From Catajapyx aquilonaris (taxonomy: Eukaryota): DNA of 59,938 nt. The stretch spans positions 62,001-121,938 of the forward strand of contig KZ538116.1 of NCBI GenBank assembly GCA_000934665.2, read 5' to 3'. The notes beneath the pieces were generated by a model. It saw nothing but the letters and a program-made list of their open reading frames with translations, was not told where the DNA came from and searched no databases. Shown in pieces: positions 1 through 11,236 of the stretch (position 1 is its first letter; each line of letters opens with the position of its first letter). Both the position numbers and the translations under genes were made by a program.

Positions 1-268
1 GGAAAGTATGAAAGTACAGTAGTCATATCTAGTCGTGACAATAATTCTATGGTCTTATGTACCCTACATTTACAAGGAGATATTCCTTGGAGATATTCAT
101 TCCATTAATTTGTGACATGAGCTGTAGTGTGTCACTACATATTTTTGTTGGTACTTGCAGATATTACTGTAGATATAATTTGAGTGCCAATGACTGTTGG
201 AACTAATACAAGTTCAATTTGAGAACTTCAGTTTTAAAAGCATTGAACATGCATTTGATCACTACCAG

Positions 269-3200
269 TCAGCTTGCTATGAGTTCTAATTGTATCACAT
301 GTTCAAGCAACAGTTCGATGTTGTTCCTAAAATATAACTTAAGTCAGTGAAGGATGGTGCTTCCTTCAATAACTCTTAGTTTTAGGCATTTTTGGTTCAT
401 GTCTGAGGAGCAGCTTAAGTTCTTCATTTTCGGAAGGATAAAACATTTCCTACAGCTTTATTCACACGGTTCTAGTCAATGTATACAGGGTCCTAAACCA
501 TGGAATTATTCCAAGTCAACAAATTTTCGAACAATATTTTTTACTCCTGTGCAGGTCCATGTTGGACTACGTTAATCACTTTTGTATATGAGTGTAATAC
601 CATGTTGCAAAGGAAAAGTATTAAATGGACAATCAACTTTCACTATTCAAAGACTATACCAAGAACGTTTTTCTGAGGCTGCAACATGCAAGTACAAGTG
701 AGGTGTCGGCGGCAAAAACCCTATTAGTCACATCGAGGTAGTTTTGAGAAAAACACGAAAAACTTCTTGGATACATAAGGGGTTTTTATGGAAACTCTCT
801 ATTTTCAGCATTTATCTCGAGGCGTTGTATGGGGTTTTTCCGGTTGACAATCGTATGTTCCTGTAGCTAGATGGCTGCAATGTCCAGCTGTTATGTTATC
901 CCGAAAATGAATAATTTGGACATATGGGGTTTTTGACACCGACGCCTCATTAGTAATATTATGTAAGTAATATCATGGAACCAAAGATGGCAATAAAAGG
1001 TATATAATCCTGACCTAAGCGTCTTGTTCATTAATTCCAACTCTTCGCACCGGGTCTTGTATGCCCCAAGTTTGCTGTCCGCGTTCAGCTTGGCATCCTC
1101 TGCGCTCCTGGTGCTTACCTGCTGCCTGTCCAGTTGTTGCAGCAGCTGCTCCACCTTTTCTCGGGGAGGGAGAAATAATCATTCCAGTTTCACTACCTAT
1201 AATGGACCCAGGCAAAATAATATTGTGTCGCCCTTAGGTTGGGCGCAACCTAGGCATACCTTCCTGGTGAGCACTGCCACATTCTGCTGCATCTGGTCTC
1301 GATGCCTCTCCAGCGCCACCCTGTCTATGAGGACCTCCTGAAGCCTTGACTCGCTGGCCTGGAGCATCTCTGGGAGGGGCTCAAGCTCCCTCATCCGCTC
1401 TTGCAGCTGCTGCTTGAACAGCTCCACTTCCGTCCCCACCTGGCTCTGCGCCCTCACAAACTCCGCCTGAAGGTCCTCCACGGTGTGGGTCTTCTCCTCC
1501 AGCTGGCGAAGCGAGTTGTGGTAGTGCTGCTCCAGCTCTTCCGTGTGGAGCTTTGTGTTCTGCAACTCCCCCTGGAGGCCCTCCGAAGAGCGGAGGGCGG
1601 TCTGGAGGCCCTTTTTTTTAACCCCCCACATCTACAATTAATTCATCAGTAACATGCATGGCAAACACAAGTTTCTTCAGTGTCTTCATGATTCTACTGA
1701 ATAATGCAATGATAGAAGTGCATATGTACAGTGAATCTGACCGGACTGACCTGGTTTTCAACTCTGAGGCGTTCCAGCTGTTCCTGTGCTTCGTCGAGCC
1801 TTGTTTGTAGAGCGGCCACCTCCTTCTCCTTTTCCGAGTTGTTCGTCACCTCTTGGGTGTCCAGCTTGTCCTGAAGTGTCTTGGTCCTCACCTCTGCATT
1901 TTCCACCTTGGTTTCCAAGTTGCTGACATGTGCCTGGAGGAGCTGCCTGGAGCGCTGGAGGTCCTGCACCTCCCGTTCCCTGCACTGGAGCTCGTGGGCT
2001 AGTAGATCTTCCGCAGTAGTCCTGCTTCCTGACAGGTAGCCCTAATGAGAAGACGCAGTGTCACAAGAAATGGCGCACAAAGGTTTCCCCCAGTTCAGAA
2101 CTAAACTTTTCCTACCATGTCGGAGCCAGGTGATGTGCCGTACATTTGACTGGACATGTCCCCAGCATGGTTTATAAAGCCTGGATGAAGGGTCTGCTGC
2201 TGGTGCATCCTGGGAGGCGACACCGGGAGTGGACCTGAATACGTGTGCGGCACTTCCACGAAGGGAGGCTGAGGGTAGTCCGACATAATGTGCGGTGCAC
2301 TGGCAGCGCCTGACATATTCATTGTTGGAGCCAGGTTGGGCACCTTGTCTTCCTTGCTGTCCGCAGGCTGGGAAAGGGAAGTGTGAGCCCAGAAATTTTT
2401 GTCACATTACTTGCGGGGAGTTATTTGCATTAGTGGGCTGGAAATTATTTGCATCCTCCCACAGTTTAATATGACTTCTGCTATAACCATGGAAATATCT
2501 TGTTCCAGAATTTCACTGTAGGAGTGTAGGTTATAAATTAACATGAGAAGGAAAGGGAAATAGAAAGTTTCAGGTTCACTACAGGAAACAGGAAGTCAAA
2601 CAATGCCCCAAGCAAATTTTATGCGATCTTGATGAACAAATTTCATTAGCGAATCAAGAGGAATTCTTCAGTTGAGGATGCGACAAGGCTTTTAAACTGT
2701 GCTCAAATGCAATGCGATTTGTACGGATGCAATAGGATAGTTAACCCAAAAGTCGTTGTACTGTTGTACTTGTGCCTGCCATTCAGTCCATTTGTTGGTC
2801 ATAGCATCGCCAGCCATCATCATGCCGAGATTGCTCCCACCATCTTTATCTACTGACTGTTCCTTCTCTCCTTCCTGCGACATATGGCTCTTCTCCTGCA
2901 CCTTAGTTTGTGAGTGTCTGCTGGACGGTGTCTCTAATTCTGACATTAAGGAGGAGGTGAGCTCCATGGCGCCTATGAAGTCTCGGCTGTCGGTCGATAT
3001 GTCTGCTATCTGTCCCATCAAAGAATCAACCGAATCAACGTTCTTTACCTCCCACATTCTGTTAGGAGTACCACCCCGTCTTGGAGACTGGTGCGGTGCA
3101 AAGATGACTTGAATTTGCTCTTGCGACGCAGCACGATTGACATCATCATGCTGCAGGCTCTCCGCAGACGGGGTGTCAGCTGGTGAGTCAAATGGACAGC

Positions 3201-4099
3201 AGCATTGGGCCTGCAGTATTTGATCGAAGTCATCTATCGTCTGGTACAGAGCAAGGTTCGGAGCTTCTAAGGCTAGGTGAGGGTCATAGGAGCCTGTCTG
3301 AAGGAGGAATGTGCAATTGAGCCAAATGTACAACCACTTGTCAGCCATCAAACAATCATCTACAGACCAAAACCAAGTCCAATAATTACTACAATTATGA
3401 CAATGGTTCAATGACATGGAAAGTGGTTGCACGGCTGGTATAGTACAGTGCAAGGAGTAACAGAAAAGTCAACAGAGGTCAAATTTTTGGTCACAGTTCG
3501 TAATAGTTTGGGTGACCACTTTCTGTTAAACAAAAGGTTGTGGTAACTGAAACCATGCGGAAATGCCCGTAATTGCAACAATTCGTAGCGCAGATCAAAA
3601 TATCAGCCATATATGAACAATATAAGTAAAACCATTGTTGCGCATCTGAAACATTAGATGACCCACCTGCCTGAGGTTAATGCCGCTGTCTCGCTTGTGT
3701 GTCACCTGTCCTGCCGCATTGACCGCTACTGAATCGACGCAGACCGTCACCTTATTCTGGTCCGACGTCCAGCACACCTCCTTCTTGCGCCTCAAGTCAA
3801 CGTACTGAAATTAATGATGGACATTGTAATAATGTACATATCACAAGTTTTGCAGCAGCAGCACGTACGACTGTGGTGGTAGAGTTTCCTTTGTGGGGCG
3901 GTACCACCGCACTACTTTTATTCCTGGCGTGCAGGTCTGTGTCGCTCCTCTGCTTCCTGGGTGCTGCTGCTTCTGCGTAGTTGCTGCTCACTGCCAATTT
4001 TGCATCCTTATTGTTGCTGCCGGGCACCATTGTTGCCGCCCCTGGTTGGTGGTGCTGCTGCTGCTGCCTCTCCCCTCCCTTGCTGCTGTTGCCTGCCAT
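269..4099 (-). CDS. ODF2/cenexin-like coiled-coil protein (multi-exon; last exon uncertain)
   Basis: GT-AG, phase-consistent exons at about 4099-3869, 3804-3667, 3297-2770, 2367-2116, 2041-1751, 1631-1260 and 1154-1015. The terminal exon is either 326-269 (RNNIELLLEHVIQLELIAS*) or one starting at 449. The C-terminal half is heptad coiled coil, and FKQQLQERMRELEPLPEMLQASESRLQE resembles the ODF2 motif LADLQQLPDILKITEAKLAE. The family call is from memory. Confidence 0.6.
699..949. mobile_element. MITE-like element with imperfect ~23-bp terminal inverted repeats
   Basis: TGAGGTGTCGGCGGCAAAAACCC at 699 versus GGGTTTTTGACACCGACGCCTCA ending at 949; a third partial copy lies near 830-850. Confidence 0.55.
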
Positions 4100-4269
4100 T
4101 TATCACTACCTTTCCTTCCCAATTTTGAAAACAGTCTGGGGACGGCCCGGGGGCAGCGGCGGACGGACACGGGTTCAAAAGTTCCCTGGCATCGAAAGAA
4201 ACGCCCTCAGTTGGCTGGCAACCCGGCAAATAATGAACTCGCTAACTCAAAACAACAATCGCGTTGAAG

Positions 4270-4450
4270 CCATCCGATTCCGCCGCCATGTTGGGCAGCC
4301 ACGCGTCACGTGATCGTGCCTCGCTTCTCTGATTGGCTGGGAGTACAAACATGGCCGACACTTATCAATCACAGGACGGCGCCATGTTGGAGCTCTGTTG
4401 GAGCCGCGTGCTGATTGGTTGAAGCACAAGCATGGCGGATGGGTTGGAAA
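4270..4450. promoter_or_regulatory. Putative bidirectional promoter between the ODF2-like gene and TSC1
   Basis: CpG-rich stretch between divergent genes. It has CCAAT boxes (ATTGG near 4333 and 4414), YY1-like CCATGTT/ACATGGC motifs (near 4286, 4349, 4382) and an E-box GTCACGTGAT at 4305-4314. Confidence 0.6.
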
Positions 4451-5039
4451 TACATGCAAGGGTTGGAAGTAGGGCAGCAGAGATGGACGATTGCAGCTGG
4501 GCACCCTACCGATTCACAGCCTGATTTATTATTGGCATGTAGGGGACAGAAAGTCAGAAAAGGCTGCTTCGTTCTGCAGTCTCAGGTCGTGGGTCACACC
4601 AGGGACTCTGCTCGGGCCACTTCAGGTACTGACCGCAATTAAAATTCGACGTAACTGTGCTGCACTGCAAATAAATTGTGTAATTCGCACATTGACCTTG
4701 TGCAAGTGAAAACCACAGATGATGTGCTCTTTTGGTCTTTGCAGATATATTTTATGCTATAAATAGAATCTGTATTGATTCTTGAACATTATCAAGCAAA
4801 TGGGAATATTCGCAACCATTGCTTATTAACGTTGCATTGATTAGAAGTCGCTGCTTAATCCGATGCTTCTGAAATATGCTATGAACCAATGAAAAATTCT
4901 TCAGAAATATCACATGAATGTGAAATAAATGTTCCGAGGGCAGTTGCAACGTACATAAATGGACTGGCATAGTTACCTGAGAGTAATCTGAAGTCTGACT
5001 TACTTGTAGAGCACGACAAATGGTACCAAGGTAGTTGCG

Positions 5040-8000
5040 ATGCAGTCACAGGAACAGGACATCCTCGAGACGTTTGACCTCCTCGAGTCAAAGCAGCCTC
5101 AGAATGTCAGTGACATTAAGCATCTCATACATGAGAACTTCAACTCAAGTGAGTCGACTGTTGCAAGCTGCTTACAATACCTATGTTGACCTTGTCTTTT
5201 TTTTTTCACTTAGCCAAAGATTCATCGCTGCTAAACAGTCTGTATGACTACTACCTAGTCACTGAGTCATCCAGATGTGTGGAGGTGCTGGTGGCCGTGA
5301 GGGAGCCGCATGACAAGTACCTTATGGACCGGATGGCTGATGGTTTGAGGGGCTCAAGTCGCTTGCAGTCCCTCAACCTCATGAGCCATCTGGTCCGAAA
5401 GCAGCCCACCTGGCTCTTTAAAATGGGATCACATTCTCTTATGAAAGAATTCTTCAAGGTGCTTAAGGTAAAGTTGCTGCTTGAATCTTTTTTTGCTTGT
5501 GTCAGTAGCCGTGAAAGGTGAAATGTTAACTGAATTTCGTTCCTGACAGACGGAGACTGATGTGGTTCCAGTCATGTGTGCTCTGCTTACACTCATCACA
5601 ATCTTGCCAATGATTCCATCACTTCTAGCTACTCATCTCCAGGAAACGTTTGAGGTGTTCAGGTAAGAGTTGTGTCCTCAGAGTTAGGAAGTTTCCGTTG
5701 CCAACAATTTTGTGTTTCCTGCAGTCGCCTTGCATCATGGATATCCACCAGCCCTTCTCGTCTACCTGAAGAGCATCGTCTGCACCTTCAAGTTGGCTTG
5801 TATGTCCTCTTTCATCGTTTGTACGGTCTGTTCCCATGCAACTTCTTGTCGTACCTGCGTGTCCACTATGCCCATCGCACCAACCGAAGCGTCTTCCTTT
5901 CAACCGTGAAACCCATGCTACACACTGTCAAGATGCATCCTCTGCTAGTTACCGCTTCAAAGGAGGCTGAACTAACCGCATCCAGATGGAAGAAGATGGA
6001 ACATCATGATGTTCTGGTCGAGTGCACACGTTTCTCACTTGATGTCGTTGAAGCGTCATTGGAGGAGGAACCCTCTTCGGCTGGAGCTCAAGCCATTTCT
6101 TCTCTCTGGCCAAGGAGGAGCGTTGACTTCTCAGCTGTTGGACGTAAGACACTGGCTACATCTTCTTGCTATTCAATTGGTAGACTGTTATGTAATCAAG
6201 CATGTCCACATTTGAATCACTGACTTGTAAAACCAAATTCTGAAAAAGAAATATGAAAACTCTGTGGTAGGAAAATACAGTCCATAACTTTTGCTGTTGC
6301 AGAGGTCCCTAGCCCACTTCCGCGCCATTCCATCACTTCAGAGACAGCTGAAAAGATGTGGAGCCCTTCATTCATCTGTGATGTCACAGATGATGCTGCC
6401 ACTCGTTCTGACAATAGTGTGGCAGCTACAAAAGTTTCTGAAAAGACATCGCCACCTGAGGCAGCTGTTGAGGCAACTCCAGAATCAACTCCTCTTTCCA
6501 CTCCCATTAAGGTGAATACAGTGGTGTTGGTGTGTGAGTGGAATGTGGCTACGAGTGATGAATGGGTGGAACATTCAGTGGTGACAGGATGCGTCTCATG
6601 GTGTACCCTTCCTAAATTCCGTAGCTTCACTCTACTTTCCAGGGATCCACACTGTTGTTGGTGACTTCGATGTCTGTCCCATCGTCGCCTCAGTGCCGTG
6701 AGGTTCTATTTCCAGAGTCGCCAAGTGCCACTGAAACATCTTTTAACTGGGAAAGGAGGGACTCGCTATTCTCGCAGCGGCTTCAGAAAGTGGTGTCTGA
6801 GAGACAGCACACAGTCTCTGAGGGAGGGGGGACAGGGACAGGCCCAGTGTCAGTCCTTGCTGGGAGCCGCAGGGGAAGCAAGGGCAAAAGAGGGGGCCCA
6901 GTGTTGAGCCCTCTTAAAATTTCTGCTGCAGTTCAGGTACCCAGATTGCAAAGATAATGTCTTCAGCATGGTTTCAACTAACTGCTGGGATTCTTTGGTC
7001 CTCTTACTTCTTCTCCTTGGGTACTTCACACTTTCATGTTGGGAAGAATTGGAGTTCTTACGAGTAAATCGAACCTGGTTGAACCCTCACCATATAACTG
7101 TGCAAGTCAGCCCTAGACTAATATTGCTTTTGTGTTCTGTGATCTGTTCAGTTCATAACATTTGCACCCTGTAGTTTGCATTACTAATAACAAGGTTCTC
7201 CTTTTTAATCCTAAATTTTAGGGAAATAATATTTTGTGACTGATCATCACCGATGGGGACATTTTCTGTTGAAATTTACTAAGGCTCGTTGTTTTGGATT
7301 TTAATGTGAATTTTAAAAATATATACTAACCATAATTACTTTTATTATGCCCATTATGTTGACTAATTTTATATACAAAATATTTTTTGTGCATATTACC
7401 TGCAACGTTGTTATGATAATTATTCCCAACTCTCTCTTGTGCATGTCTTGAACTCTCTCTTTCAGAGGGGTCATTAACTAATCCTTTGGGAATGGAAATT
7501 TGGAAATATTTTAGTGATGCTACTTTGACTTTTATTCTTGCAGGATGTTGAGGAAAGTGAGAAACTTATGGATGAAGTTAGGTCACCACCAGAGGAGGCA
7601 CCACATGAAGAGGTAAACAATTACTGGCGAATATACGAATGGTGATATTCCATATTTAGTTTGCCCATTATTAATCATTTCACCACAATGTTGCAGGTTG
7701 CTCTAGAAGACCTGCTTGAAGATGATGACTGCTTGCCTGAGAGTGATGTGATGGCATCTAGCAGTGTCACTGGTGACACCCTGCACATGGTTGACACTCG
7801 TTCCATAGCTGACTTTGTCCAAAAAGTCAAGCGCCTTCGATTCTACAGTCAGTGTGTCCCAGACACTGATGTGGTATCGGTAGAGAAGGTTGAGGATGTG
7901 GCATCACCAGTGACGCTGCGTCGTGCAACATCATGGCCTGAGATTACGCGACAAGATTCAGAGACAGCACCAGTGATAGCAGCCCCAGTCAAATCTAGAA

Positions 8001-10002
8001 CATGTCCCTCAGCTGAAATAAATCCAGTGACTGCTGAGGTGCCACTTATTAGAGCACCGCAAGGGGTTCAAACATGTGCTACACAAACTGATGATATCAC
8101 ATCGCCATTGCCATATGAGCACCTCTTTCCTGCTCTATTTCCCATATTTGGGAGCCAGGCACCACCAACCAACAAAGTTACTTCTGAAGCCAAATCTCCC
8201 CATGACCTCTTAGATGAGTGCATGAATATTGCCGCCTCACTCCATGCAAAAGAACCGCAAGACACAAAAGGGAAAACATCAGGTTTGTAGCACATGTCTC
8301 CCAGTTTCAGATGACACAGAATCTGTTCCACTGTGGTATTGTTTGTTTACTATGCACAGAAACGGACACCATTTTGCACAAGCAGATGACCCTGTTGTAT
8401 TACCAGCTTCTGTTTGAGCGGCATCGGAGGCAGGTGCATGCGGAGAGAAATAGGCGGCTGGCCAGCAAATCCAACAGCCTTAGGTCACTGGAGGAACACA
8501 ACACAGCACTGGTCTGTTTTCTATACATTTACACTTGGATTCTTTGTGTGCATCAATTTAAGTGTGTACCTTCTATTCTGTAGAAAGAGCAGCTAACTCT
8601 AGCTGAAAGTGACATGAAGGCTGTACGCAAGGAGCTTACCCAAAGCCAGCAAAAGTGGCAGGGAGAAGAACGCCAGTGGCAGACTGCCCTCGCATCACGG
8701 GAGGAACAGCTGGTTAAATTCTGCAGAGAGAATGAGGAACTGACTGCTTCACGCAAAGTGTCGGAAGCTAATGCAGCTTCAATCCGCTCTGAACTTGAAG
8801 AGACCCGAAAATTGCTGACCTCTGTCCAAGCATCTGAGTTTCAGCTTCAGAACGAAGTCAAGAAGCTAAGGGAAGAGGCCACCAGAGGCAGGGAGTTGGA
8901 GATGCAGCTGCAGCAAACCAGATCCGAGTTGCTATTGTTAGGAGAACTGCAGGACAAGAGTAAGTGCAATGCTTTTTACTGCTATGTAATGAACTTGTTT
9001 CTTAAAGTGGTAGGCTACCTGAGTTTGTTGCTGAGAAGACTGAGAGCTAAAAAAAATCTTGATTAAGCATCTAAATATTAAATATCTATAGATTATCATA
9101 AATGGTTTCATTAATTTACATACATATTGGGCACCTTACTTTGTCTGAAGATGCGACAAACTGATTGCTGTTGTTCTCACTTTTATTATTGTGGTCATCC
9201 TTTCTGTTGTTGTTCAGGCCATGAGCAGCTGAGAGCTCTTCAGGCCACTCGGTCAGAAGGCAGTGCGGAAGCGGAGATGATGAGAAGGGCATGTAAGGAG
9301 GAGGTGGCATCACTTCAGGCAGTGGCAGAATCCAAATCAGCTCAGGCTGAAGGGTACAGGGCGAGGGCTGCTGAACTGGAAGCCATTCTGGGTCAAAAGG
9401 AAGCTGCTATTTCGGAGCAAAAAAGGCTGCTCAAGTCAGTTAAGGAAGAGGCGGAGGAGAGAGTCCAGTCTGTTGAGGCCAAGTACAGGTGGGAAACGTG
9501 CAGTGAGCGCTACATGTGCTGTCATTTCTAACTTCAACGTTTGTTTTGTAGTTGTTTGCAATCCCTGAATGTGCAGCTGGAGTCGGAACTAATGGAAACT
9601 CGTGTGCAGCTGGAGGAGATAAGCAGCCGTGCATCTGCTGCCGTTTGCATGCAGGGACGACCTAGGGGCAGCCCAGGGGCAAGAGAGGGTTCACAGGGAT
9701 CAGGGTCACGCTTTAGCCCCACTTCTGGAGCAGAGCAATGTGTGTTTGGAAGTCCACAGCTGACAGAATCAGTAGGAGAAGATGTGGTTCAAGGATTGTT
9801 GTCCAGTTCAGACAGCTCGTTCAGGTCATCACTCAAATCAGCCCCAATTGCTCCTGGGCCAATGCAGAACTTGGAGCTTCTGCTTGGAGAAGAGGACGAG
9901 GAAGAGGAGGAGGACATTGCTTCTCCTAGGCTACCCACAGACGAACAAGAGGAACAAGGCGAACCAAAGGCTGAAAGTAGAAACCCAGCATTGCCCGACT
10001 GA
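5040..10002 (+). CDS. TSC1: Hamartin (tuberous sclerosis 1 protein)
   Basis: Exons at about 5040-5148, 5214-5467, 5550-5662, 5725-6179, 6303-6511, 6643-6936, 7544-7612, 7697-8282, 8360-8511, 8584-8959, 9218-9488 and 9553-10002. Hamartin motifs: VREPHDKYL, LFHRLYGLFPCNFLSYLR, HPLLVTASK...RWKKMEHHDVLVEC, PYEHLF and QLLFERHRRQVHAERNRRL, followed by a coiled coil. Confidence 0.95.
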
Positions 10003-11236
10003 TTTTGGTTTGTAGCTGATGGTTGGGCTGGGGACGGAAGGGTTGTAAGACTGTCTTTATTTTTACTTGTGCCGGCCGTCCATAAATTAGTGATGCCATA
10101 ATACGAGAGAGAGGAGAAAGTCTTTAAATATTCTGTACAGCTGAGGGTACAAATCATGTCTAGTTTTCATCAGAATACCATGAAATATTTGTTAATGTAC
10201 CAGTCACTATGTTAATGCCGATTGCCTGTTGATGTAAATTACGGCGCAATAATAATTACCTGCATGACTACTCAAGTATATCTTGTCACTAGAGGTTACT
10301 GGAATAAGCGGAAATAATGCAATTGAGGGACTTTGACATGTTTGTTACACAAATCTTTTCCTTTTAATTTCATGCCAGTATCCATATATGAGAATGACTA
10401 ATGAGGGAATGAACTTAGGATAGATTGAAATCACCTTAAAACTGCATATTTGCTGCGTAAGGGAAAAGTCACATGCCAGTTGCCAAAAACTGTCAGTTTT
10501 TTATGGACGGCCTAATAATATTGTTGTTGTCTCTTTTCCCCTTTTGCGTTTGGTATGCTTCACACTGTGCATAATATTTTATGTTATATATCAATTTATA
10601 TTAGATGTTATTTATCAAAGAGTTACGAATTATGGTTGGAAAAATTTACCTTTGGTTCGAATGAAATGTTACACTAATATAAAAAATGAGAGATTAAAGT
10701 GGGCCAGAGTAATCTCTTTGGTGTTTTTATTGCTAATTCCAGATATTACATACAGGCTATCCTACTAAAGAAAAAAAATATAAGCGTAATAAACACTACA
10801 TATATGTACAATAAGCAAACAATACATGAGTAAAAACGTGCAGGTGTTCGCAGGTTTCCTCTGAGTATGTACTGCAATAGTATTGAAGTCATGCTTCTTT
10901 TTTGACACATCTTTTTTTTTTTTAATTGGCATGTAAAATTTCATCCTACAAAAAATGCTGTCTTGACTATTTTTTGTACTGAAAGAAGTCTCTGCATATA
11001 AGGAGTAACGTCTTTGGTATGCAAAATAAGGTGGGTAAGTTAAGATTTTTAAAAAAGGAACATTCACTGACTTAGAGAAAAAAAAGATTCAGCAGGAATG
11101 CACTGAGTATCTGAATAACAAGGAATGAATGATGTTGAAAAATTGGAAATGAGGAAATAGCAAATGGTCCCTGTGGATCTTTGGCTACATTGTAAAAAAA
11201 AAAAAGCACGAGGTAGGACATTTGCACGAGAGGAAG

